From positions 48,707-112,706 of the forward strand of contig RDOE01000001.1 in assembly GCA_011364975.1 (NCBI GenBank): DNA of 64,000 nucleotides, in the 5' to 3' direction. This DNA is from Promethearchaeota archaeon (GTDB lineage: Archaea > Asgardarchaeota > Lokiarchaeia > Sigyniarchaeales > SOKP01). Positions 39,223 through 49,310 of this stretch are shown here, one piece after another. The first letter of the stretch is position 1. Every line of letters starts with the position of its first letter. The translations under genes and the position numbers were made by a program. Under the pieces are notes generated by a model, which did not search any database, had not been told where the DNA came from, and worked only from the letters and a program-made list of their open reading frames with translations.

Positions 39223-40100
39223 AATAAATGCTCTAAATTTATTTTACTTAATTTAAAATTTTTTATAGAAAAATCTTGGTTATTTTTTTCAATATTTGAT
39301 CTTTTATTAATTATTCCTTTGTTGTTCCAAATCATAGTATCTATAGGCGCTTGGTTTTCTTCGTCTAACAATTTTTTGTTGTAAGCAAAGCAATCAAAAA
39401 GATCGTCGTATATTAAATAAGGCACGAATGTCAATTTATTAACTTTATTCTTTTTTTTATGTTCTACTTCGATGGGAATTATATCGGGGTAATATTTCCC
39501 TTTTTTTTCACGATATAACTTAACTTCTTTTAGTTGTCCCCTTTCAATTATTTGAATCTTGTTGTTCTCTATTTTTTCCTTAAAATATTTAATATTAGTT
39601 TCACAATAATCAAGGTTTTTTAAAATATATTCTTCTGATCCAATTTTAATGCTTTCATTTTCGATGGAGATATAAAATTTTAAATATTCACTGATTAAGA
39701 AATAAAAATCTTGCCTCAAACTTGGGATTTCGGATTCTAGATTGATAGAGCTATCAAACCATTTTAATAACGTGGCAAAACTAAGCTCCCGATATGTAAT
39801 TTCCTTATATTTTCTTTTGCCATAAATTATTAAATTCTTTAATCCTTCAATATAAAATTTAGTTAAATTAAAAGATAAGTCTAGCTCGTCAAGAGTATTT
39901 TCAAGAGCATTCAAATTAGGGATTAGGATAAAGATCGATTCCCCATTGGAAAGTCTGTCTATTCTCATAGGAAGAGGCATAATAGGAGTTCTAAATAAAT
40001 CAGTAGAAAAAATATCAAAATAAAATAACGTAGGGGCAAGATCGTTTTTAAAGGATTTTAATTTTGCAGGAGGACTTGCTACTCCTAATCTTGGACACAT
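39219..40100 (-). CDS. Hypothetical soluble protein within the opp cluster
   Basis: 293-aa ORF co-oriented with the opp genes; no motif recognised. Confidence 0.75.
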   Translation of the reverse strand: MCPRLGVASPPAKLKSFKNDLAPTLFYFDIFSTDLFRTPIMPLPMRIDRLSNGESIFILIPNLNALENTLDELDLSFNLTKFYIEGLKNLIIYGKRKYKEITYRELSFATLLKWFDSSINLESEIPSLRQDFYFLISEYLKFYISIENESIKIGSEEYILKNLDYCETNIKYFKEKIENNKIQIIERGQLKEVKLYREKKGKYYPDIIPIEVEHKKKNKVNKLTFVPYLIYDDLFDCFAYNKKLLDEENQAPIDTMIWNNKGIINKRSNIEKNNQDFSIKNFKLSKINLEHLL

Positions 40101-40136
40101 AATAGTATTATATTATTAGATATTTTAACAAAATAC

Positions 40137-40150
40137 AAAAAAAAAAAAAA
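40137..40150 (-). terminator. Oligo-U terminator candidate after oppA copy 1
   Basis: Run of 14 T on the minus strand about 25 nt past the stop codon. Confidence 0.55.
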
Positions 40151-40174
40151 TTTAATTTTTGCTCTTATCCCAGT

Positions 40175-41923
40175 TTATTGGGCATAGAGCGTTGCATCAT
40201 CCCAATAAACAGGATAGAAGTAAGCTCTACCCATAGCATTAGAGGGATAACCTTTTACTTTAATGTTCCAGGCATCATTATTGATTCCAGTATAACCATA
40301 AGCCCATGGCATATCCTCTTCAACAAGAAGTTGTTGGATTCTGTCATAGTAGCCTTGTCTTGTAGGTCCATTTGGCTCTAATAGTGCAGTTTCCATTAAT
40401 AACTGAACGTTGTCATCTAAGAGAAGTGGGTCTCTGCCAGCTTCAATTGCCGATAAATAACCATTATATTTCGCACCGTTCGATGCAACAGATCGATTGG
40501 TGAATAATGGGTTTATGTAGTTACTTGGGTCGTTGTAATCGGGGATCCATCCGAGCCAGTAAATTTGAACTTGATCTCTAAATCGACCACCTAATTCGTA
40601 TAAGCTGTAAATGAAGTTCGCCCAAGTACCACCGGCATCTTCAACTGCAACACCTATCATACCTAAATTATCAGTTAACACGCTTAACATATTTTCACGC
40701 ATGTCATTTCCGATATTATAGGTATAGTTAAATGTGGCAAATGGAGTAGTTGAGGCGGCAGTTGTCCATTGAGCATCAGTCCAAGCCATACTTCCATAAC
40801 CCATGCCAACCATAAGTTCTCTTGCTTTCGTTACATTGAAAGTAGCAACATTATAGCCGTCATTGGCGTATGTTATACCATTTGGAATAGGTGATTTCAA
40901 TCGGACCGCTTGCCCTTCTAACAATTCCTCAATTATGAAGGAATAGTTAAGAGCGTATGAGAACGCTTTTCTGAAGGTGGTATTAATCCAGAAGGAGTTC
41001 ATACCAAGATATTGTACACTTAATCCAGGGTTCGGATCAGTATATAGCTCAACATCTGGCTCTGCGGCAAATGTAGATAACATTGAGCCCATAGGATCTA
41101 ATAAAATATCAATATCCTCAGAAAGTAATGCATTATTTCTGATTTGAGCATCATTGATAACGGAAAAGATTAAAGTATCAATTTTTGCTCTTGGTCTATA
41201 ATAATAATCCCATGCGTGAAATCGGATTTCAACACCAGCTTCATACCCATCATAGACGAATGGTCCAGTTCCTACTAAATCACCTGTTGCAGTATCAAGT
41301 ACTTCATCAAAAGGTGTTGCGGTAGGCGAAACCATATACATAGCATTAAAGCTAAGAATGGCTTCAATAGGACCATATTGTACATTACAGGTTATATTTA
41401 GACTATAATCACCAGTTTTAGTCACTGAATCGATAATGTTAATAAAGTCATCAGTGGCAGGGTCATAATATTCATACAATTCAGCAGCTTTAGCTAAACC
41501 AAGGTCCATTAAATTAGCATAGCGGTCAAGATTCCATTTTGCAGCTGTAGCGTCAAATTTGGTACCATCATGAAACCATACATCTTGTCTTAAATCAATT
41601 TGATATACTGGTTTTGAACCTGTAAGATCCCAGCTACCTTTAGCAGCCGCAAGCGCGGGAACAATAGCCAAATCTGGATCCGTTAAATTATAAAGGTACA
41701 AACCTTCACAGACTTGATCATGAACATTAGAGGAAGCACTATCCCATGCATCCATTGGATCGAGATCTGCGGGTCCTGACATTGTGCCAAAAACAAGCGT
41801 TACGCCCAAATCTGGAGGTTGTTGAGCAGTAGGCAAGAGAAGAAGGATGCCATTTCCTGCTATGGACGCAACCGCTAGCACCGCTAAAATAATGATTGCC
41901 CAGTCTTTTTTTTCCAAATCCAT
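40175..41923 (-). CDS. oppA: Peptide ABC transporter substrate-binding protein (family 5), copy 1
   Basis: N-terminal TM anchor, LDPMDAWD, LRQDVWFHDGTKFDA, VGTGPF, GWIPDYNDP. Confidence 0.92.
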   Translation of the reverse strand: MDLEKKDWAIIILAVLAVASIAGNGILLLLPTAQQPPDLGVTLVFGTMSGPADLDPMDAWDSASSNVHDQVCEGLYLYNLTDPDLAIVPALAAAKGSWDLTGSKPVYQIDLRQDVWFHDGTKFDATAAKWNLDRYANLMDLGLAKAAELYEYYDPATDDFINIIDSVTKTGDYSLNITCNVQYGPIEAILSFNAMYMVSPTATPFDEVLDTATGDLVGTGPFVYDGYEAGVEIRFHAWDYYYRPRAKIDTLIFSVINDAQIRNNALLSEDIDILLDPMGSMLSTFAAEPDVELYTDPNPGLSVQYLGMNSFWINTTFRKAFSYALNYSFIIEELLEGQAVRLKSPIPNGITYANDGYNVATFNVTKARELMVGMGYGSMAWTDAQWTTAASTTPFATFNYTYNIGNDMRENMLSVLTDNLGMIGVAVEDAGGTWANFIYSLYELGGRFRDQVQIYWLGWIPDYNDPSNYINPLFTNRSVASNGAKYNGYLSAIEAGRDPLLLDDNVQLLMETALLEPNGPTRQGYYDRIQQLLVEEDMPWAYGYTGINNDAWNIKVKGYPSNAMGRAYFYPVYWDDATLYAQ

Positions 41924-41959
41924 ATTATAATCACTTAATATATTTAAAGTTTTTTAACG

Positions 41960-42016
41960 AATTTTTTATTAGATTTGTTGTTAAATAACTACTTAATTAG
42001 GAATACTTATAAGTTT
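41960..42016 (-). promoter_or_regulatory. Putative promoter/leader of oppA copy 1
   Basis: Minus-strand AAACTTATAAGT (BRE/TATA-like) then TATTTAACAA..ATCTAA; same elements and spacing as upstream of copy 2. Confidence 0.6.
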
Positions 42017-42183
42017 TTTCATTTTTTATCCTTAATTCCATGATCTGTTAAAAAATGGACATGAAATTTTATTGTAAACGAGAATTGGATGAGGTAAATT
42101 AACGAAAGATATTTTTTTTAAAGTACCTAAAACTTAGTGATTTATTAAATTTTAATGATTTTTTTAATAATTTGAAAGAAAAT

Positions 42184-42194
42184 AAAAAAAAAAA
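42184..42194 (-). terminator. Oligo-U terminator candidate after oppA copy 2
   Basis: Run of 11 T on the minus strand about 35 nt past the stop codon. Confidence 0.5.
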
Positions 42195-42228
42195 GAATTA
42201 TATTTTGAATTTATTTAACACTATCAAT

Positions 42229-43986
42229 CTATTGGGAATAAAGCTCTGGAAGCTTCCAATAGCATGGATAGAAGTATACTTTTTGCATCGCATTTCCTGG
42301 ATGACCGGCTAAATCTTTATTATAGCAATCGTTATTTTTACCAGTGTATCCGAAGACCCATGGCATATCCTCTTCAACTAATAGTTGTTGAATTCTATCA
42401 TATTGTGCTTCTCTTGATACAGGATCTGTATTTAAAATTGCAGCTTCCATTAAAAGTTGCACATTATCGTTGATATCAAAAGGATCTCTGCCTGCTTCTA
42501 TCGCAGATAAATATCCGTTATAAATTACACCGTTAGAAGCGGTGGATCGATTTGTAAATTCTGGGTTCACGTAATTGCTAGGATCGTTATAATCCGGAAT
42601 CCATCCAAGCCAGAATATTTGGTTCATTTCTCGATATAAGCCAGCGAGATCGTAAGTACTTAATATATATTGCGCCCATGTGGTACCCGCATCTTCAACC
42701 TCAATACCAACAGCTCCAAGATTAGCTCTTAGTAAGATGAGAAGATTTTCACGAATTGGATTTCCGATGTTGTAAGTATAGTTAAATGTAGCAAAGGTTG
42801 AAGCTTCCCAAGCAGCATCATCAGTCAATGATAATGATGCTCCAAAACCCATACTTTGCATGATTTGCCTTGCTTTGGTAACATTATAGGTTGCTGCATT
42901 AAAGCTGTCATTAGCATACGTGATACCATTTGGAATATTAGATTTTAATCTAACGGCTTGATCTTGCATTAGTTCATGGATAAGGAAGGAATAGTTGAAA
43001 GCGTATGAAATAACTTTTCTGAAGGTAGAATTTATCCAATAGTTAACCATGCCTAAGTATTGAACGCTTAAACTTATACCAACTTGTTCTCGGATAATAT
43101 CCGGCTCAGCGTCAAATGTGGATAACATTGCTGGGGTAGGATCATCTAGAAAATCAATATCACCAGAAAGCAATGCATTATTTCTTATTTGGGCATCATT
43201 GATAACGGAAAAGATTAATGTATCGATTTTAGCTCTTGGTTTATAGTAATAATCCCATGCGTGAAATCGGATTTCAACACCAGCTTCATAACCATCATAA
43301 ACAAATGGTCCAGTACCTACTAGGTCTCCTGAAGCGGTGTCAAGAACATCATCAAATGGCGTTGATGTGGGTGAAACCATATACGCCGCATTGAAACATA
43401 AGAGTGGTTCAAACGCACCATATGGTGTATTAAGCACAAATTTTAAAGTATAATCATCAACAACTTCCGTTCTGTTAATGATAGGCGCCATAATAGCGGC
43501 AGTTTCACCAGTTGTTATGTTAATCACATCAGTTCTTACATAATATTCAAATAATTCTCCTGCTTTTGCTAAACCATGCTCCATTAAATAAGCTAATCGA
43601 TCAAAGTTCCATTTGGCAGCAGTAGCGTCAAATTTGGTACCATCGTGAAACCATACATCTTGTCTAAGTTCAACAGTATAGTTATTACTACTCCAAACAC
43701 CATAATCCGCTGCCAATTTAGGAATTATTTTTAAATTAGGATCAGTAAGATCATATCCAAATAAACCTTCACAAACCTGATCTTGTACATCAGCGGAAGC
43801 ACTATCCCATGCATCCATGGGGTCCAAATCTGCAGGCCCATCTGAGGTTCCAAAAACAAGAACAATTCCCAAATCTGGAGCAGTAGGAGCATTAGGAAGG
43901 ATTAAAAGTACACCATTACCGGCGATTGAAGCTACAGCCAAGATTGCTAAAATAATAATTGCCCAATCTTTTTTTTCTAAATCCAT
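42229..43986 (-). CDS. oppA: Peptide ABC transporter substrate-binding protein (family 5), copy 2
   Basis: Same motifs and the same MDLEKKDWAIIILA N-terminus as copy 1. Confidence 0.92.
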   Translation of the reverse strand: MDLEKKDWAIIILAILAVASIAGNGVLLILPNAPTAPDLGIVLVFGTSDGPADLDPMDAWDSASADVQDQVCEGLFGYDLTDPNLKIIPKLAADYGVWSSNNYTVELRQDVWFHDGTKFDATAAKWNFDRLAYLMEHGLAKAGELFEYYVRTDVINITTGETAAIMAPIINRTEVVDDYTLKFVLNTPYGAFEPLLCFNAAYMVSPTSTPFDDVLDTASGDLVGTGPFVYDGYEAGVEIRFHAWDYYYKPRAKIDTLIFSVINDAQIRNNALLSGDIDFLDDPTPAMLSTFDAEPDIIREQVGISLSVQYLGMVNYWINSTFRKVISYAFNYSFLIHELMQDQAVRLKSNIPNGITYANDSFNAATYNVTKARQIMQSMGFGASLSLTDDAAWEASTFATFNYTYNIGNPIRENLLILLRANLGAVGIEVEDAGTTWAQYILSTYDLAGLYREMNQIFWLGWIPDYNDPSNYVNPEFTNRSTASNGVIYNGYLSAIEAGRDPFDINDNVQLLMEAAILNTDPVSREAQYDRIQQLLVEEDMPWVFGYTGKNNDCYNKDLAGHPGNAMQKVYFYPCYWKLPELYSQ

Positions 43987-44016
43987 TTTTTAATCACTTG
44001 CGTTTTTTAAAGGGTT

Positions 44017-44074
44017 AATTTTTATTTAGATGTATTGTTAAATATGAACTCATCAATGTCAACTTTTAAGGTTT
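44017..44074 (-). promoter_or_regulatory. Putative promoter/leader of oppA copy 2
   Basis: Minus-strand AAACCTTAAAAGT then TATTTAACAA..ATCTAA. Confidence 0.6.
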
Positions 44075-44282
44075 GTTAATATATTCATTGTGTTTTTGAT
44101 TGTCAATTTTTAAAGAGAAGTATTTTAAATGTTCTAATTATTTTTTTTTCTATCTGATATGAATATTAGGGATTTCTTCGAATAATTATTAAATAGAGGG
44201 AAAAGAATGGGAAACACGTCTAACATTTAATTTGAGATTACATTTTAAAAATGTCCTAATTGAAGAAAAGATAGAAATAATC

Positions 44283-45233
44283 TTAAATCCCAAAGATTTC
44301 AAGTACGGTTTCCAAGTAAAAGGAATAGAAGATAATGATAAATAAGAATATTCCAGCAATAATTATCCCTTTATCAAAAAAAGCTCGTTCAGTTCTACGA
44401 GCAATTTCGGGTTTTGCTGAGGTTAAATACATATAACGCATAATAATATAGAGCGATATGGGAATAGTAAAAATTACAATATATTGATGGATTAGTACTT
44501 GCTCTAAATCAAATAGGTTAAATTTTAATATCAAATATAGAGAGTATGTCATGAAAAGCGATGCTGCTATCATTACATGAAATTGATCTAATAATTTAAG
44601 AGAATATTGATCATATACTTTCTTATGTTCGATTGCTTTGTCCTTCCCTAAGAAAAATAGATCTCCTTTTCTTTTTGCTATGCTTAAAAACATGGCAATT
44701 TCAAAAATCGCTAAAAATAACCAAGGAGAAACATATTCATTAATAATGATACAACCTGCTAAAGCTCTCCATAAATATCCTGTTGATAAAATAAGAATAT
44801 CAATAAATGCGTGATTTTTAAAAAGATGATTATAAAGCTGTCCCGTTATAATTATTAAAATAATCATGGAAATAAAAAGAATATTTGGGATTAAGAAGAT
44901 TAATGAAAAAATCATTAAGCCCGTAATTGCTATTAAAAGAATTATAGCATAGGAAAGGGGCAGTTGACCAGAAGCTAATGGTTTCTTTTTCATTTTTTCA
45001 GGATGTTTTTTATCATGCTCAATGTCTATAATATCATTTATTATGTAATTGAATGAGGAAGCGCAACATAAAATAATAAATCCTAAAACTAAGGGCAAAT
45101 AAAGCGTTGTTTCAAATAATCGCTCACTGAAAAATGTGCCCACAAAAATTAAAACATTCTTATAGTACTGTCTTATCCGTAATAGATGCAATAAACTTCT
45201 TAATTTGCTCATATAAGTTTTAAAACTGCTCAT
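44283..45233 (-). CDS. UbiA-family polyprenyl-phosphate phosphoribosyltransferase-like protein
   Basis: LLRIRQYYKN, YIINDIIDIEHDKKHP.K..PLASG, SIAKRKGDL are typical of the DPPR-synthase subfamily. Confidence 0.8.
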   Translation of the reverse strand: MSSFKTYMSKLRSLLHLLRIRQYYKNVLIFVGTFFSERLFETTLYLPLVLGFIILCCASSFNYIINDIIDIEHDKKHPEKMKKKPLASGQLPLSYAIILLIAITGLMIFSLIFLIPNILFISMIILIIITGQLYNHLFKNHAFIDILILSTGYLWRALAGCIIINEYVSPWLFLAIFEIAMFLSIAKRKGDLFFLGKDKAIEHKKVYDQYSLKLLDQFHVMIAASLFMTYSLYLILKFNLFDLEQVLIHQYIVIFTIPISLYIIMRYMYLTSAKPEIARRTERAFFDKGIIIAGIFLFIIIFYSFYLETVLEIFGI

Positions 45234-45248
45234 ATAAATTAAATTTTA

Positions 45249-47789
45249 TTATAGATAGAAAATTCGTTGTGGTTTGAATCGCTTTAATAATTTGTAGCCT
45301 AATTTACTAAAATAACTTGTTTCAGCTTTCATTTGAATACTTACCGTTTTATATTCAAATGAGATCAATTCAAGTTCATTGTATGGTATTTTCACAATTT
45401 TATTAAAAATATTTCTGATGATCAAAAAACTCTCCTTTTCAATTAACTCATCTTGAGATTTATTATTAGTAGCCTTAAATATCAAATTTAATTCATCAAT
45501 ATATCCAATCTCCATATTATTAACGGGCTTTTTTAGATGGTAGTAAGCTCTTAGTTGTTTTGACTTTATCCAGTCAATAAGGGATAATTCCTCGTTTCGA
45601 GAGAGTTTAGTTTTCCTAATTTGAAAATAAATTTCTCTTGGTTTAATGATTAAATCTTTTAATTTAAAAGTAAGATTTTCTTTCTCTCCGCTAGAACTTT
45701 TTTCTCTTAACCTCAAACATGACTCTTTGAAATCATTAAGTATTTTCACGGTCTCACAGCTATAAATTCTTATACTTCCTTTTAATTTAAGAAAAACATC
45801 GGTATTTTCGAGATCTTCTAATAAGCTAATAGGATTTGGCATTTTTATTTTAGCTAAATTTTTGATGACCTTATTTTGATGTAAATCTAAAAATACCAAA
45901 TTTCCCTCAGTATTATTTGAATTAAACTCCACATTTATTAACTTTAAAAGACCCTCTTTTTCAAAGTAATATTGGTCATGCAGGGAAATCCATGTTTTTT
46001 CAAAAAAAGATGCATTCAGTTCAATTTGTTCATTATTGGTTGAATTATTAATAATATAAATATCCTTGTCGCATACATCGTTCTGGAACTTTATATCTAA
46101 AATTTTTCCTAAATTAAATGTTCGATCAATTTTATTTTTAAAAAGAAACTGTTTTCCGATATCTAATTGATATAATTCTTTTCTCTTTATTTTGATTAGA
46201 AAATCAGAAATATTTTCTATTTGAAATAGTTCTTTAAATTTATTAGTTGCGATGGTTTTAAATTCTAAGCGGGATTTTTCAAAAACTGCAGCATATTTAT
46301 TACGTTTTGAGTTTTTAAGGCAAATAAAGGGTAAAAGTGCTTCTTTAGTAGGTTTTAATTCCTTATCTAAAACTGCGGCAATTCGATAATAGGTGGGGGG
46401 GTGAGAATTAAGTAAATTGCTTAAAAGGGACAATCTTGAGGGTTTTATGATCGATTTATTAAGATAGTCTGCGGTATCTATGTAATTGATTATTTTATTG
46501 TATTCTGTAATCCGTTCATCACATAATAGCATCGTATTCAAACCAATTTCACGTCCAGTTGCATAAAAACTTTCTAAATTATAGAGAGCTTTTATTAATT
46601 CCTTTGAATATCCGATCTTTTTAGTTTTTAAATCTGCTTTCCCTTCTAAAATTCTCACAAAGATAAAAAGTATGATATAAATTCCAATATTTAGTATAAT
46701 AAATCCTAATAATGGAATCTGGGGATTACCAAAGGTATAATCGTAAAAGGTGGCAGGAATTCCTAATAACATTCGAAAAACTAAATCTGCAGAGGTTATT
46801 AGAGTTAATATTAAAGTATGTTTTCCTTTAGTGTGAGACAATTCATGGGCAATAATGCCTTTGATCTCGTCTCTAGGGAGATTATTTATATCTTCAGCGA
46901 TAATCGCAATCCTTTTATCTAGAAATGAACCATATGCCATCGCATTGATGATGGGATATGTTCCAAAACCAGCTTTTACCTTCCCCTTGATTCCCACATC
47001 GTTTTTGACATCATCTACTATTTTCAATAATTCAACATCTTCAATACTTTTGATTCCTAGCATTGAATCTAAAATTGGTCCTGAAATGAAGTATATTATC
47101 CAATTGACTAATATTAAAATAAAGTAGATATTGAGAAAAATTTCTGTAAAATTGAATTCAGAAAAGAGTAAAGCTTTTTGGCCGATAAAGTTAATAGGGG
47201 TATATTCATCTATAAAGGCTACTGCTAACCATGCAATAATGTATAGGAACAATGTCAGATATTCTGGTGACATAAACCGCCAAATTACTAAATATTTCCT
47301 GCCAAACAATAAAAAACCTAATCCTAGAATAATCCAAAAAGAAAATGCAAAAGCAGTATTAAGAACAATTGGATTCCCTAAATAGGTGGAAACTAAACCT
47401 GAAATAAAGATAACATTGTATGTTGTTAAAGAAATAATTAAAATCTTATTCAATACAGGATATTCTCTTAATTCATAAACACCAAACCATAGGTAGATTG
47501 AAAATGAGCCCATAATCGATGTTAATATGTCTTTTGATACAAAAAAAATTAGAAAGAAGAAGAATAAGATAGCAACAAGATCACTCATTTCGCTTCTATA
47601 ACCATTTTTAACCCAACGATAGAATTCCTCGATAGATAAGAGATAAAAAATTATTAATATAAAAAAGACCCAATCACTTACTATGTTAAGCCAATTAGAT
47701 CCAAATAGGAAAATAAATGAATATATAATCAAAGATATTGAACCAAATAAATAAGAAAGAAATATAAGAATCCTTGTAGTCTTTTTCAT
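45249..47789 (-). CDS. M48 (HtpX/Ste24-like) zinc metalloprotease with long N- and C-terminal extensions
   Basis: INAMAYG, IAHELSH, EGKAD, SHPP..RI; multi-TM N-terminus and a soluble C-terminus of about 350 aa. Confidence 0.85.
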   Translation of the reverse strand: MKKTTRILIFLSYLFGSISLIIYSFIFLFGSNWLNIVSDWVFFILIIFYLLSIEEFYRWVKNGYRSEMSDLVAILFFFFLIFFVSKDILTSIMGSFSIYLWFGVYELREYPVLNKILIISLTTYNVIFISGLVSTYLGNPIVLNTAFAFSFWIILGLGFLLFGRKYLVIWRFMSPEYLTLFLYIIAWLAVAFIDEYTPINFIGQKALLFSEFNFTEIFLNIYFILILVNWIIYFISGPILDSMLGIKSIEDVELLKIVDDVKNDVGIKGKVKAGFGTYPIINAMAYGSFLDKRIAIIAEDINNLPRDEIKGIIAHELSHTKGKHTLILTLITSADLVFRMLLGIPATFYDYTFGNPQIPLLGFIILNIGIYIILFIFVRILEGKADLKTKKIGYSKELIKALYNLESFYATGREIGLNTMLLCDERITEYNKIINYIDTADYLNKSIIKPSRLSLLSNLLNSHPPTYYRIAAVLDKELKPTKEALLPFICLKNSKRNKYAAVFEKSRLEFKTIATNKFKELFQIENISDFLIKIKRKELYQLDIGKQFLFKNKIDRTFNLGKILDIKFQNDVCDKDIYIINNSTNNEQIELNASFFEKTWISLHDQYYFEKEGLLKLINVEFNSNNTEGNLVFLDLHQNKVIKNLAKIKMPNPISLLEDLENTDVFLKLKGSIRIYSCETVKILNDFKESCLRLREKSSSGEKENLTFKLKDLIIKPREIYFQIRKTKLSRNEELSLIDWIKSKQLRAYYHLKKPVNNMEIGYIDELNLIFKATNNKSQDELIEKESFLIIRNIFNKIVKIPYNELELISFEYKTVSIQMKAETSYFSKLGYKLLKRFKPQRIFYL

Positions 47790-47837
47790 TTTTATTACCT
47801 TATTATTAATATTTAATGACTTAATCGCATATATATG

Positions 47838-49196
47838 TTAATCTATCGGCATTTTACCAATTTGAGTCCAAAAATATTTAATAGAGATATAGTACCACAA
47901 TATTAAACAAGGGAAAACTATTATTAAAGAAATCAAAATATTAGTTGGAATGATAATCCCAAAAATATTAATATCTACAAAAGATATCGGCATTATGAAT
48001 GTTTTAATGGCAATAAGCAATAAATAGCCAGCTATTATTAGAATAGTCATAAGGATTATTATTCCTCTAATCCTTTTAAAAATATACATCATTAATATAA
48101 CTAGTACACCCGATACAAGCAAGAATGTTAACAAGATCATCATATCTAATCTACCAATTGTCCATTTCATAAATAAAGTTGTTAGAATTGAAAAAATACC
48201 CGCAATAATGGCCAAAATAAAAAAATTATTAACTAAATTAGGTTCCTTTAGGGTTCCCTTTACTAATATTAATCGCGGTAAAGTTAATGCGGCATCTTTT
48301 TGATCTGAAGCTTTAATATAATTATTTTCTAAGAGGATAATATCTGCTTTTTTTTCTTGAATATCTTTACTTTCAATAAACCCCTTGACGGAATAAAGAA
48401 TATAAAAACTATTGAAGACTTGAACAAGCAAGGCACAAAAGACAGCAGCTTCTAAAGCCCCAAATAAAGCTATTCCTGCAAACATAGCACCTAAACTTAA
48501 TGTTCCTACATCACCAGGAAATATTTTTGAAGGAAATTTATTGAATATGAAAAAAGGAATTATTACAGCTAGAGATATTACTGTGAATAATAAACCTTCG
48601 GTAGAATCCCATATTATTGAACAAATTAATAAAAATATTAAAGCAATAAGTGATGTGCCAGAGCCTTCTCCATTATAGCCTTCTAACATATTTACTGTAT
48701 TTGCAAAAACAGCTACGATAATTGGGGCAAGAAAGGGATAAATTACTGTTAACCTCAATTTACCAAGGTAAGGTATCGTAGGAGAATCAATAGAAATCAA
48801 GCCGTATATATTAGATAAGAAAATTATAGATCCCGTAAAAATAGTTAACATTACTTTATATCTTGAGCGTAACCTAATGCGATCATCTAGAAAACCTATT
48901 ATACCAGATAAAATCACAGTTAAAGTAAAAATTAAAATTTCATTTATAAAAGAGGGAAAGAGTAAAGTTAAAATTATTGCTGTTAACGAAAATCCGATTA
49001 AAATACCCAATCCACCTGATTCAGGAATTTCTGGTTTCGAGTTTTTATGTATATCGATGCCTACATATCCTTTTCTTTTCATTATCTTTATAATATACGG
49101 CATAATAGCATAGGTAATAACGAAACCAATAATAAAAACCAAAATTAAATAAATAATCTCCAAAAATCCCCAATTTAGTTCCGAAAGCTTAATCAT
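47838..49196 (-). CDS. UDP-GlcNAc:dolichyl-phosphate GlcNAc-1-P transferase (AglH/Alg7-type)
   Basis: GIDIHK..PEIPESGG, GFLDD, NTVNMLEGYNG, NKFPSKIFPGDVG, LTL. Confidence 0.88.
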   Translation of the reverse strand: MIKLSELNWGFLEIIYLILVFIIGFVITYAIMPYIIKIMKRKGYVGIDIHKNSKPEIPESGGLGILIGFSLTAIILTLLFPSFINEILIFTLTVILSGIIGFLDDRIRLRSRYKVMLTIFTGSIIFLSNIYGLISIDSPTIPYLGKLRLTVIYPFLAPIIVAVFANTVNMLEGYNGEGSGTSLIALIFLLICSIIWDSTEGLLFTVISLAVIIPFFIFNKFPSKIFPGDVGTLSLGAMFAGIALFGALEAAVFCALLVQVFNSFYILYSVKGFIESKDIQEKKADIILLENNYIKASDQKDAALTLPRLILVKGTLKEPNLVNNFFILAIIAGIFSILTTLFMKWTIGRLDMMILLTFLLVSGVLVILMMYIFKRIRGIIILMTILIIAGYLLLIAIKTFIMPISFVDINIFGIIIPTNILISLIIVFPCLILWYYISIKYFWTQIGKMPID

Positions 49197-49310
49197 TTCT
49201 GTTCAAGCGAGCTACTTTTAAATCTAAATATATAAGGGAAAAATTAATCTATATTTAATAATATTTTTTATTTTTATTTTTTGTTACAATATATTTAAAA
49301 ATTAAAGAGA

